DNA from: Paramoeba atlantica
Lineage: Eukaryota > Protista > Discosea
Assembly (NCBI GenBank): GCA_977017575.1
Contig: CDRNVI010000075.1
Coordinates: 54,201-118,200, forward strand
DNA: 64,000 nucleotides
Reading direction: 5' to 3'
Shown here: piece by piece, positions 41,519 to 52,942 of the stretch
How the letters are laid out: every line of letters starts with the position of its first letter
How positions within the stretch are numbered: the first letter of the stretch is position 1
Made by a program: the position numbers and the translations under genes
Notes under the pieces: generated by a model
Databases searched by the model: none
Seen by the model: only the letters and a program-made list of their open reading frames with translations
Told to the model about the DNA's origin: nothing

Positions 41519-43005
41519 CAAAGTCCCACCCAAACGGCCAGTACAATCAGTTTCAAAAGAGGCAGTATAACAATAATGCCAGTATCAAAGAGGAGGAAAC
41601 TACAAACCGAAGATTCAAACAGCCAAGCTGGGAAGGTCCACAGTGTTGTAAACTTGAAAGGGAGAATATTACGCTCCGGGCGCGTTTACGGGAGAACGCT
41701 AAGCGTTCAAACAACACCGGAAAGAATGGAATTATTGCGACTATTGATGGGGGTCACACATATGACCGACGAAATACGGACTGCTATGGATGCCATGTCC
41801 GAAATGTGGAGCAATGCGACATGGCAGAGCCGCGCGAGGCTGTGGGAGCGACTGAACGCATTTTGCAAGGGGAAGGGAATAACGCTCAACGCGATACACG
41901 CAGTAACGTTTCTGGCGAGTATGAACATCAGAGTGCAGGGAAAGATTACATACGCGCGAAGTCTCGCTACGTTGTTAAACCTCGCGGGCACGGAAACGAA
42001 TCCGCTGAAATTCTATATAAAGTCGCTCCTAGCGGAGGGGGCGACCGAGCCAGTGCGGCAAATGAAACCGTTGACCCCCGAGTTACTCCATCGACTTTGG
42101 CGACATCTCCCAAGGAGCGAAAAACATACCTTACTGCTCTCCTGGAAAGCAGCAAGTCGGTGGACCGAAACAGCAAGTTTGACAAAAACGCAATTTCACG
42201 AGGTAACACCCCACCGAATAGTTATCTGGTGGGGCAGGAACACGAAAACGTCTCGATTAAATCCTTTCCGCCCTTCCATGTACACGGTGATAGAGGGACA
42301 GGGAACCAGGCAACTATACGAGTATATCAACCGATTGGGGCAGTGGGAACCCATGTCTCGGACCCCAGTATCCCAGGTCGACAGCAGAATTCGGGATATT
42401 CTAGGAAAGGGGTACGGAACGCACTCGGCGAAAAGGGGGGCAATAACACAACTGTTCGCCGAAGTGGTAAAAGGGACTCTCCGTCTAGACGAGGTACAAC
42501 ACCTAGCCAAACACCAGGCCCTGGAATCCCTGCTACGCTACAACGCAGATCCCGTGACGACGGCATTAGCATTGGGGACACAAAATGCGACAAAGAAATT
42601 AAGAATTATTTAGACCCCGAAGTGCTATTTTGCAAGTTTTTGGAAGACGTGCCACATGAAAAGGTAAGACACACGATTACGAGATCGAGAAGAACTTCGA
42701 GAGTCGCACAAGGGGAGGAGCTAAAGCTTCCGTTACACGTGAAGAAAGGTATTCCTAACATAGAGTTCGGAGATGTTAAGGAGATGATGAATAATCAGAC
42801 TCGTCAGCGCTTCGAGGACACGTGGTCAAAATTGACAGCATTGCCGGAAAGTCCGAGTCCGGCACCAAAAAGCAAATCGTTTTTGAATACAAGAGATATT
42901 ACAGAGCTGGTGGACGCAAGTTTTATTTCGAAGGTATCACGCGAACAAGAAGCGAAAAGTCCCACGATGGAATATGTAGTACCGAAACTACCGAAACGAA
43001 AATGA
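41434..43005 (+). pseudogene. RT ORF N-terminal region of YR element 3, truncated before the RT core
   Basis: RRTSRVAQGEELKLPLHVK; ends at a 9-nt duplication followed by a CRE 3' end. Confidence 0.75.
41576..42613 (+). CDS. Tyrosine recombinase of YR element 3
   Basis: AASRW, GTHSAKRGA, AKHQ, LLRY. Confidence 0.9.
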   Translation: MPVSKRRKLQTEDSNSQAGKVHSVVNLKGRILRSGRVYGRTLSVQTTPERMELLRLLMGVTHMTDEIRTAMDAMSEMWSNATWQSRARLWERLNAFCKGKGITLNAIHAVTFLASMNIRVQGKITYARSLATLLNLAGTETNPLKFYIKSLLAEGATEPVRQMKPLTPELLHRLWRHLPRSEKHTLLLSWKAASRWTETASLTKTQFHEVTPHRIVIWWGRNTKTSRLNPFRPSMYTVIEGQGTRQLYEYINRLGQWEPMSRTPVSQVDSRIRDILGKGYGTHSAKRGAITQLFAEVVKGTLRLDEVQHLAKHQALESLLRYNADPVTTALALGTQNATKKLRII

Positions 43006-43127
43006 ACTACGACAATGTACGACAGGGATTTCAACTTGAGATTGAAAAGATGTCCGCATACACGGTGGTATCTCAACTACGTGAGTACATTCCGAAGGAT
43101 AACTGGATAGGTGGACTTCGCTTCTAG
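43006..43127 (+). pseudogene. CRE-like extreme 3' fragment (subfamily A)
   Basis: NYDNVRQGFQLEIEKMSAYTVVSQLREY...GGLRF*. Confidence 0.8.
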
Positions 43128-43571
43128 AAGGTCACTAAGTGTGTTCGAATACTCTCCCTCCCCCAGTCTTCTCTCACTTTGCTTCTTCTTTCACTTTGCT
43201 TCTTCCACCTAGTTGCTTGCTCTTTCCTAGCCAAAGACGATGCGCTAGCCGAGCTACTCCCATCCTCCTCTTCCTCCTAATACTCAGATCAGAATATTAG
43301 GTTCCTTTATAATATGTAAACTTGTGTAAAATAGTGATACCCACCGTTCGGAATATCAGTCCTGACCTTATTCCATGCGTGCTTTCGGACGAAGTTTGGT
43401 AGCAACTCGCTCCATCGATCGTTTTGGCGATGGTAGAAACAAGTTACTCCGACCCAACCTGGCGTAATCAAGCTTCTCCACAATTGCTTCAAAACTGATT
43501 AAACCGGAGGCCTTCGTTCTTTTTAAGGCACTTACCAGAGGGGTTTTTTCATTCATCACGTGGTAATTGCT

Positions 43572-43640
43572 TTAACAAAAAGAAGGGTCTTAACAAAAAG
43601 AAGGGTCTTAACAAAAAGAAGGGTCTTAACAAAAAGAAGG
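43572..43640. repeat. 18-nt minisatellite (TTAACAAAAAGAAGGGTC) x3.8
   Basis: Read directly; replaces the N-terminus of the CRE ORF. Confidence 0.9.
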
Positions 43641-46568
43641 AGTTTCAATGACCAACAATTGCTCAATATTTCGTGCGGGGATGTAAAGTCTACGAGGAAG
43701 CGCGGCGGTATTGGTAGCCTATCAATTAAATATGACGGAATAACGGGTCACAAGGCCGACACCACTTTTGATGGTTTTATACCTCCACCCCCGAACGTTC
43801 GTGTACATCAACTGCATTGGATAAACCGCGAGAATTACACACACACTGAGGCCCCGCAAGAACTACACAACAACGCTTACACAGATTGCGATCTTGATTT
43901 CGAACCCATGCCCACAATGAGGACAATCCCGTCAGAGTTCGTTCCGTGCGTCGTAGCAATTTATCGCGACATCGTACGCGAGTATGCTGACTCTACGTAC
44001 GAGGAACGCAATAGAATCTGGCATCGCACTCTGTCCGCAATGAAATATTCATTAGCCACAATTCGCAATCTAGGTGGGAGGAGGCGACGGCGGCGCCCGA
44101 TACAAGAAGCGAACTCTACACAAGCGCACTCGTCCGCGCAAGAACACAACGAGGCTAAAGAACATGACTTAAGAGCTATTAAAAAGGCCGCAAGACTTGC
44201 TCTGGAAAGCTGCGTTTCGAAAGCGACACATGTGCTAGATCAAGAATTCAAGGAAACTAACCTCAGCGACGCCGAAAAACTTCAGAAGCTCGAAATACTA
44301 CATCCTGAGAACCCCGTCACGTTCGAGCTTCCCCAAGATCCGCCCAAAATAGCTTGCATTTCTCCGGAAGAGCTTCGGGAGTCTGGGAAAAGACTTGCCA
44401 AAGGCTCTGCACCAGGACCGACTGGCACAACCGACACAATTCTTCGCTTACTCCTCGACGACGAAGTTAGTTGCATGAGTCTTTGCCACATGTATTGTGA
44501 TCTTCTTAACGGCCTGCTTTCACCAGACGTTATGAAGCGATTGCGCAGGGCGAGACTGGTTGCGCTTCCCAAAAATAATAACGCAGTTCGACCAGTTGCA
44601 GTCGGCGAGGTTTTCCTTAAGCTTGCAGGGCTCATACTCCTTTTACGACACGAACATGCTTTCGAAAAGTTTTTCCTGCCTATGCAACATGGGGTGATGA
44701 GCAAGGCTGGATGTGAGACAATAATTCACGAAATAATCCGCAGATACCTGGAAGGAAATGCGATACTCACCGTGGATCTAAAAAACGCTTTCAACTGTCC
44801 ACCTCGAGACGAAATTGCTAAGTCACTCTTCGCCTTTCACACCCTTCGTCCATTTCAACGTTTCTTTGCAGCTGAATACGGAACACCGTCTGAACTACTT
44901 TTCTTTGGGCAGAACGGAGAACTATTTGGAACTGTCAAGAGCTCATCTGGAGTACGCCAAGGGTCATCTTTATCAACTCTGTACTTTTGCACAATGTTGC
45001 AACCCATCCTTGAATCTCTGGCACAGGAATTCCCCACTCTTCGCATCTACGCCTATGTCGACGATATCAGCCTTGCGTCTTCTGATACAAATCTCTTGCA
45101 ACAGGCATATCTCAGACTGAATGATCTACTCACACAAAAGAAAATTTCGATGGCCCCGGAAAAGTGCATCTGGTTTGGCGGTCTTCATAAGTTGGTAATG
45201 CCTGAACGTCTGACAACGGAAGGGTTACGGACAGAAAATGAGGCGATAAAACTCCTAGGTGCTTTCGTCGGGGAAACCAACAAAGTGAGCAGTTTACTCC
45301 TTGAAAAGTTAAAGAAACATGAAGCCATCTTTCGACGTCTCAAAGCAATGGGCGCCAATAATATTTCACTCTTGTTGCTTGCGAGATGCGTGAATGTTCG
45401 TCATAGATATCACATCCGGGTACATCGGCCGCAAGAATGTTTTGAACTTACTAAGCAGTTCGATCAACAGGTAGATGACGTTTTAAATACTTGGTTCGGA
45501 CCGCTGGACATACACCAAAAAGCGTTGGCTCGGTTACCGGTGAAGGAAGGTGGTCTTGGTCTGACTCCCTCTGTTATCCTCCGCAAATCGGCTTACGAGG
45601 CATCTCAGCACGCTGCCCTTGAACGTTTAAACAAATTTTCAGTTCGAGCAGTAGCCCCCATGCCTCCCCAGCCGATCGGGGATATGGAAGGAAAGTCACG
45701 CCCCCCAACCGATGAATTTTCAACAGAGGCTATGTTGAGCAAAGGAATCCGCGACGAACTCCTAAAAAATAACAGGATTGCTCCAACCATTCGTGCAACA
45801 AGCGAAAAAGGGAACTCGAGATGGCTACACTCGACCGTCAAATTGCTCCCGTCAAAACTATTCACATTAGCACTGCTACCACGCTTGGGGGTCGCACATA
45901 AGGGTCTTCCAGAAAATTTACAATGCCCTGGTTGCCACATTCTTCTTTCAGCCGAAGCTGCAATGGCCCATGTATCCGGATGCGCGCAATGTTCAGGGAG
46001 TAACGTGACAACAAAGCACGATGCTTTAGTCAGACGGATTTATAATTTATGTATGAAAGCTGGAATCCCCTGTGAGCGCGAGCCCCGACAGTTCACTTCC
46101 TACAAATGCACCTCTTGTGGAGCCTCGTTTGACTGCGGAAGGAAACGTGAACATATCCAAACGTGTAGAAATGCTGTCCTACATCGATCTGGGCCTGACA
46201 TTGCTATCTACTGGGCATCTGGTGAGGTGTATTACGATTTTACCGTAATCCATGAACTGGCGACCTCCAATTTAGGGAAACGGAGTGCTGCGCTCATGAA
46301 GGATGCGATTCGACGCAAGCAAATTACTTATGTGCAATCTGGAATGATCCCCGACAAAAAGTTTAAATGCCTTCCGATTTTGTCCGGAGGTGCGATGCAC
46401 GACAATCTCAAGATGCTTCTTTTCACACTCGCGGACAGCGCCGGCCAGAATAGAGAGAACACTCTCCAAGAATTTACTCTCTACTTACAGGAACTCAACG
46501 GAGCTGTGACCTTTTCGCAGTTGAAGAAGTTTATTTCTGATGAGAGTGAGATGGCTCTCGCTTTCTAA
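43641..46568 (+). mobile_element. 5'-truncated CRE-like element (subfamily B), uninterrupted RT-ZnF-RLE ORF
   Basis: DLKNAFN, GVRQGS, AYVDD, CPGC..HVSGCAQC, GPDIAI, YYDFTVIH; A-rich 3' region. Confidence 0.92.
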
Positions 46569-46760
46569 GTGGTTTTTCCTTTGTTAGTAATGAATAAAAA
46601 AAAAATTGCTTAAAGGGAGGAATTCCATGTGAACTATGTAGCGAGATTTTCCTATTGTAAGACCTTTCAGTTCGATTCTGTGGATGGAGATGGCTGTGGA
46701 TGTACTGAGCTTTAGACGGCAAAAAAAAACAAAATAAGAGCAAATTCAGATAAAAAAAAA

Positions 46761-47125
46761 GACTGGTTATCTATTGCTATCGTTATCCTTGTACGAGTTC
46801 TCTAAGTGAGGTTTGATTATGATTTCTTTTCTATATATGATTTACTATGTGTCCGGGCAATTTTATACAGGTTTTATTTTGTGTGACGTGTGTGCGGGCA
46901 GGTTGGTCGAGGGTTCCGGTGGGGGGAACCCCGTTAACAGAGTGACAGTGACATATATGTTTGCAGGCCTAAAATTGTCGTGAGAACATATTATTTACAG
47001 TTTAATGTTGATGTTATGTTTTGAGATTCGGAAATAGGGCTTGTGAGCAATCAGATACATTTTAGTTGTTTCTTTGTTTACTATTCGATACATGTTATTT
47101 TTTTATGCCCCGCGGCGTGGATTTC
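46761..47125 (+). mobile_element. Diverged 3' remnant (pre-B + B repeat) of a YR element related to element 4, opposite strand
   Basis: Imperfect inverted copy of 47258-47490 and 47880-48053; ends CGGCGTGGATTTC. Confidence 0.75.
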
Positions 47126-47257
47126 AATACAAAAAGTGATCTTAATACAAAAAGTGATCTTAATACAAAAAGTGATCTTAATACAAAAAGTGATCTTAAT
47201 ACAAAAAGTGATCTTAATACAAAAAGTGATCTTAATACAAAAAGTGATCTTAATACA
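47126..47257. repeat. 18-nt minisatellite (AATACAAAAAGTGATCTT) x7.3
   Basis: Identical units, no spacers, between two inverted B ends. Confidence 0.95.
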
Positions 47258-47927
47258 GAAATCCACGCCGAGGGGGCTCCATGAAACTTATAAGTAACAA
47301 ACAAATATAAGTAAATACCTATGACTAATATAATCACACTTCCAAATCGTCCCAAAATCAAAGAACACATAATACGATATATAGATAGAATCCACATGCA
47401 CAAACATAGTTCAAAAGAAAGCCTGCATAAAATCAATAATCATGTGTCACGTTGTTAACGGGATTCCCCCCCACCGGAACCCTCGGCCAAATGGCTGGGG
47501 GCTTGGTGGGTGGGCACAAAAACTTAAAGCGAAGTAAAATAACAACCTAACAAGGATATATAAGATAATAGTAAATACCCATCCCATGTAAAATTCTGAA
47601 TACAAATCATAATTCGAAGAAACTATGTGCCCCGAAGGGCCAGCAGGCAAATACATAGCAGCCCCTCGGCTAAATTTCAAAACGTGGACTATTAGAAATC
47701 CACGCCGAGGGGGCTCCATGAAACTTATAAGTAACAAACAAATATAAGTAAATACCTATGACTAATATAATCACACTTCCAAATCGTCCCAAAATCAAAG
47801 AACACATAATACGATATATAGATAGAATTCACAGGCACAAACATAGTTCAAAAGAAAGCCTGCATAAAACCAATAATCATGTGTCACGTTGTTAACGGGA
47901 TTCCCCCCCACCGGAACCCTCGGCCAA
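47258..47927 (-). repeat. Split direct repeats of YR element 4: B2 47258-47490, linker 47491-47515, A2 47516-47694, B1 47695-47927
   Basis: B copies 233 nt, offset 437; junction GGATTTC|TAATAG and C-rich linker as in elements 1 and 5. Confidence 0.88.
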
Positions 47928-48880
47928 CCTGCCCACACACACGTCACACAATCAATATAAATAACCAAAGAAATGCCCAATCACATAGTAAAATAATTTT
48001 TCATATACCATCCCAGAACTCACAAAAGGATAACGATAGCAATAGATGACCAGTCCACTGCCACGCCCTTTACAAGCTCACACGAGCTACGCAGGTTACG
48101 CTTTTAACCTCTGCCCTAGACCAACTTGTGTACCTAGAAGTGTGGAGCAACTAGGCGTGATGCGTAGGGCCGTGTCAACAGTGACGCGGCTAAAAAACAT
48201 TAAGGCGCTAACCGCAGAGCAAAGGAAACCTTTACTCATCTCTACCTCACATTGGGGAACCTTGCTTCCGAAAAAACAAGGCGTGAGAATAAAGAGCTGT
48301 TAACCGATTAACATCCATAACCTTCCAAAATTATAGGGACAACCTCCAAACCCCAGGACCCCGTCCGTTTTTTTTTTTTTGCAAATAATTGGGGGGAAGA
48401 GTACGAATTCTAACTTTTCTTTTATACTACTACGACTTTCCTACTTCATTTCTTAACATTCCCGTATCTTACCCACTTTTTCCCGTTAACGCGTTTCCAC
48501 CTACCCGCTTTCCCGTTAACGACTTTCCCTTTACCCACTTTCCCTTTACCCGTTTTCCGCTTAACTTTTTCCCCTACCCCCTCTCCTTTTCCACTTCCCC
48601 ACGACCTCCAAGTCATTCGCGCAAGAAGATCACTAAGCAAGGTGCAGATCGCCGGGTCCGGAAACAACTTCGAAACCCACTTACCTCGCACTGGGAACCT
48701 CACTCGTAAAAGCGAGGCGCGAGAATTAGCCCCGTCAGCACGATCAACCCCCGAGGACTTTCCCAGGTGCCTCTACCGGCCCGTCCTTCGACTTTTTTTT
48801 TTTTGTCTTTGTTTTTTTTGTCTTTGTTTTTTTTCTTTTTTTTTCTTGTCTTTTTTTTTTGTATTTGGTGATCCTGTCCC

Positions 48881-49647
48881 TTAGGGTTTTCTCTGAATAT
48901 GACTGTCTACATCACTAATGTCTCTCTCGATCTTACCTTCATATCTCTTGACCTTCTCCATCTCAATCTCCTTCCCGCGACTGACAGCATCCGCCGGGTT
49001 CTCATCCGTGGATATATACGCTGCCTTGACACAAATACCTTTGTCCTCTGTCAGTCGCAGGACTTCGCGCAATTCCATTGAAACCCCCTTTGACTTGGAG
49101 ATCCTCCTGTTCAGTGCAGCCTGACAGGAGGTGTTGTCAACAAAAACATCCAAGCAGGTTCCACGGGGGCAATGCGCGGAAAACTTCTCGAGGGCTAAGC
49201 GGACTGCTGCAGCTTCCGCACGATTCACCTCATACGAGGATGACCCAGGCCACGCCTCTCCCGTAATCAAAACCTCTCCGCTGTCTAAATACATAATCGC
49301 TCCCCACCCTTTCACCGAGGCATCGGTGTAGAGACGATGCTTGTGTGGAACAACATCGGGATGGGGAGGTGGAGACCGTGGAACATTCTCCAACAACTCG
49401 TTTCTCCACTCTGCTAGCATGGAGCGAGTGACGACAGGGAGTGCGACCGGACGGTCACATAACTTCGGGCGACGGTTCAACAAGTTGATACGCCGTTGCG
49501 CCACCTTCAAAGCGAAATAAAATCGCGGCATATTGAGTCGGAGAACTGCGGAGCCATAAATGAGGCGCCCCACCACCGCCTCTAGGTCAACAAAAGAAAT
49601 GTTGAAGAAAGAGTCAGCTCGCAGTTTCCTAATCACTCGCGGTCCCA
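48881..49647 (-). pseudogene. RNase H region of YR element 4
   Basis: YTDASVKGWG, EVNRAEA, FVDNT, STDENPADAVSR. Confidence 0.9.
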
Positions 49648-49656
49648 GGCAGACCG

Positions 49657-50321
49657 GGCTAGGGGGGACCTTCGATGAATCTTCATCGAAAGTTGTACAC
49701 TTTCGCGAAACGGCGAGGGCCCGCGTGAGCGGGCCTGAGCCGTACCCCGCGTAGGGTTCCCCTGTGCGTCGTTAGTGGGAAGCAATTTGCGAAGCTCACT
49801 GAATTTCGTAGTTTTCGCTACGCAGGCGTTGTCAACGTATATAGCGAAGTGTAGGATACTGAACGCACGGAAAATGGAAATCAAAAAGAATTCTTGGATG
49901 TTCCACAAAAGTCCTTGACTTATGCAAAAGTCTTTGATTTCCACCGTAAATTTCCGGTCGTTGAGTACTCAACGAATATCCGGCACTTCGTTGAGTACTC
50001 AACGAAAATCCTGTGTTTACCCCTTCCGCAGGATTGTCGCTCAAAATATGTATATGGATCAGTCAAAAACTCTTCGATGAAGATAAACTGAAGAAACGGT
50101 GAAATTCCTCTACGAGCCTTCACAAAACACTTCGATGAAGCACCAAAAAAGTCAAAATGTCTATATAGATCCGCGAAAAACATTTGCGTGAAGATTTGAA
50201 AAAATAAAAAAAAAGTCAAAAACACCTTCGATGAAGATTCATCGAAAGTGTACAACTTTCAATGTGCTTCATCGAAAGTTGTACACTTTCGATGAAGCTT
50301 CATCGAAGGTCCCCCCTACCC
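49657..50321. mobile_element. 665-bp Merlin-like MITE with 9-bp TSD GGCAGACCG, inserted in the RT of YR element 4
   Basis: Same GGCTAGGGGGGACCTTCGATG / CATCGAAGGTCCCCCCTACCC ends. TSD at 49648-49656 and 50322-50330; removal restores AHTVCLGPRVIRK. Confidence 0.88.
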
Positions 50322-50733
50322 GGCAGACCGTATGCGCGTTATGGTCGAACGCCACCCCATTGAACACGTACTGTGCTACAGGGGGCTGACCCCGATCTTT
50401 GAAAAGACCGTTCGCTTTGTCGCAACGCTCGTCAATGAACTGAGCGTACGTGATGGCCTCGGAGTCGGTTCCTGCAAACCGAACTCCGTCAACATAAACG
50501 TCGATAGCGCCTCGGTGAAACGAGTAGCGCTGAGAATAAATCGACGCCTCGCCAGCAATCGCGGCGGTAACCGTGTGCATAACCTCCGGTGCACACCTAT
50601 GGCCCATCGGGAGGACGTTCATCTCATACACGTCTCCACTGTTCGTTCTAAGGCGGAATTTGGGCCTCGCCCTCTTTGGGATACCAATCTGGTAAAACCC
50701 ACACGTGAAGTCCCGCTTCACAGCCATCGGCTC
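50322..50733 (-). pseudogene. RT core fragment of YR element 4 (also 53689-54100 and 57037-57466)
   Basis: AVKRDFTCGFYQ, LPMGH, VYVDG, YVFNGV. Confidence 0.88.
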
Positions 50734-51536
50734 GAATATGGACTATAGCAGCCTTTTCCTCGGACATCTGTCGTGTTACCTTCTCCAAAGCAGCCCGTGT
50801 AAGAGGGGATGCTTGTCGACCCGGGATGGTAGCCCCCCTGCGGATCAAAGTTTTGGAATACATTTCTGTCTGCGTAGTTGATCGTCTCATACGGCGCAAA
50901 ATGGCGATTAGGTGACGCAAATAGATCAGTTTTGTCTGGATGGTAGTATGAATACGTACTATATATAGGACTACGCCCTGGTCGGTTAACGGCAACTTCC
51001 GACGTACCATATCCGAGACCAATCGTGCCCTCGTGTCCCAAGTGCATTTTTCCCACATACCCTGTAGGTTGGTGATAATTTCCGGATGAGTAATCCGAAA
51101 TATTTTTTGTAATATGTATTTTGCCGATGTTTCGGGTAGCTTCATCATACCACGTTTGGAAACTCTTCCTGATGTCGAAGATGGGCACTGTTGTCTCTGA
51201 TGCGATGGGATGCTCGTGTTTGAAAATTTTTGCTGTATCGATTGGTTCTGGCGATTCGTACTTGATTTTGTTGTCATTGTTCGATTGAGTTTTACTGATC
51301 TGGCCCTTTCGTAATTTGCTTTTACTGAGGGACTTTGTTTGAGGACGACTTTTTTTGTCTGCGTCTTCTGCACTTTGCCCACTTGATTTGTTTTCAATGA
51401 ATGCACTACTACTAACTTGCTTTGTTGTTTTTCTATTTTTTTCTGTATTGCTATTTTTATTGGAAACGGAATACGTACTTTTGGATTTACGCTTTTTTGT
51501 AACTGGCTGATATGGGGGTGGACTCTTTTGAGTCAC
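50734..51536 (-). pseudogene. Truncated YR with overlapping RT N-terminal frame (also 54101-54904, frameshifted)
   Basis: TWDTRARL, GATIP..QASP match the YR at 33603; fused to the RT core before any catalytic residue. Confidence 0.8.
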
Positions 51537-52261
51537 ATTCGATGGCCAGCGCCCCCTCGTGGAAAATCCGAGGACGCTGACGCACTACTGGCGTTGGGAA
51601 CTGCGCCTGAACTTGGTGTACCATAGCTTCGCCCTTGACTCCGACCTCGAGAACGTGAAAAGTAGCCAAGCCCGCGCGATGTTCCCCGACTGTAGGGTCC
51701 TTGTCGACGTTTCTGCACATTAATACTGTGGTGTATTCCATTTCCAATGACGTCTTCCGGATCGTTTTGAGCTTGATAAATCATTCGGAGGTAATTGGGG
51801 TCCGCACCACGATAAACTCCTTGTTGCATACGAAGGTCGTCGAGAGCACGTTGTCCAGTCCGGACTTGGGGCACGTTTTCCTGGTCGATTCCGCCTCTTC
51901 CTTTCATGTCGTTCATCCACTCTACAAGCACTTCCCACATTGGACGCAAATTGTTTGGCAACGGTGAAGGCAGCGCTAGAGCAGTTTGTACGCGTATAAT
52001 CAAGAAATCAACACCAAATTCGCTGTTTGTCATTAAATATTTGTTCCAAGTCCGAACATCTCTAATCTTAAAGTCATCTTGATCATTTGGAGTTGATTCG
52101 GTGTTGTCAACAGCTTGCTCTAACCGATCAGGCATCGCTGGTTCACTTTGAACAATTTCAATACGTGTGTACTTGACTTTAGGATTCGGCAACTTGTAGT
52201 TTCCAGAAAGATAACTTACGGTAATACTTTTCCCTTCTTCCTCGCGAACAAAACTACCCAC
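51533..52261 (-). pseudogene. 242-aa gag-like ORF lacking its N-terminus (also 54901-55629)
   Basis: Begins at GTG after an in-frame TAG; directly precedes the YR/RT frames. Confidence 0.75.
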
Positions 52262-52906
52262 CTAGAAGGAAAAAGAATAGAAAAATATTCTGTAAAAAAA
52301 TAATATGCTATTTTGTAATTCGTCACTACGAAGGTAATAAAGGCCAGGGGGGGCATTCGATGAAAATTCATCGAACGCACCGTGCGTTCGATGAATATTC
52401 ATTGAACGGCGTCCCGTTCGATGACCAGGCGTCCCGTTCGATGAATATTCATCGAACGGGCAGTGCGTTCGATGAATCATTCATCCAACGGGCACTGCTG
52501 CACGAATTTTTCGTCTCGATTTTTTTTGGGGGGAATTTGAACATTACCATCTCGTTTACATGTCTGGAGGCAAGGCCCAACTGTCAGCGAAGCCCAAGTG
52601 TGCAAGCAAGGCCCCCGTCTGCGAGCAAGGCCCAACTGTGAGCGTAGCCCGCTTCTGGAGGCAAAAGCCCCCCTTTGCGAGCAAGGCCCAACTGTGAGCG
52701 TAGCCCTGGGACATAATTATATTTTTTGGCGACCCGCGCGCTCCATGCGGAGGTGGTGTATATTAGCACGGCGGGCGGATGAGTTGGCATCACGGCCTTC
52801 TTTTTCCATCGGGCACGAGGGAGCGGCAAAATCTCAGGAGCTACTCCTGATTCTTTTGCTTTGGAGCGTGTGAACACTCCCATGAAAGGTAAAAAAAGTA
52901 AATAAT

Positions 52907-52942
52907 CAACAAGGTACAGAAACTGTATCTTTATCGTTAAAG
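52907..52942 (-). other. SL-like 36-mer (array 2 copy)
   Basis: Same context as 16570-16605. Confidence 0.85.

Noticed and set aside
43300-43560. Coding fragment between the CRE 3' end and the minisatellite
   Set aside because: Two short ORFs with no recognisable motif; left unassigned.
47126-47257. CRISPR array or telomeric repeat
   Set aside because: Contiguous identical units, no spacers, no cas genes; not TTAGGG-like and internal to the window.
48655-48765. RNase P RNA-like motifs (GGGAAAGTCC...GACCCGGC, minus strand)
   Set aside because: P4 pairing is not satisfied, spacing is too short, and element 5 lacks the first motif.
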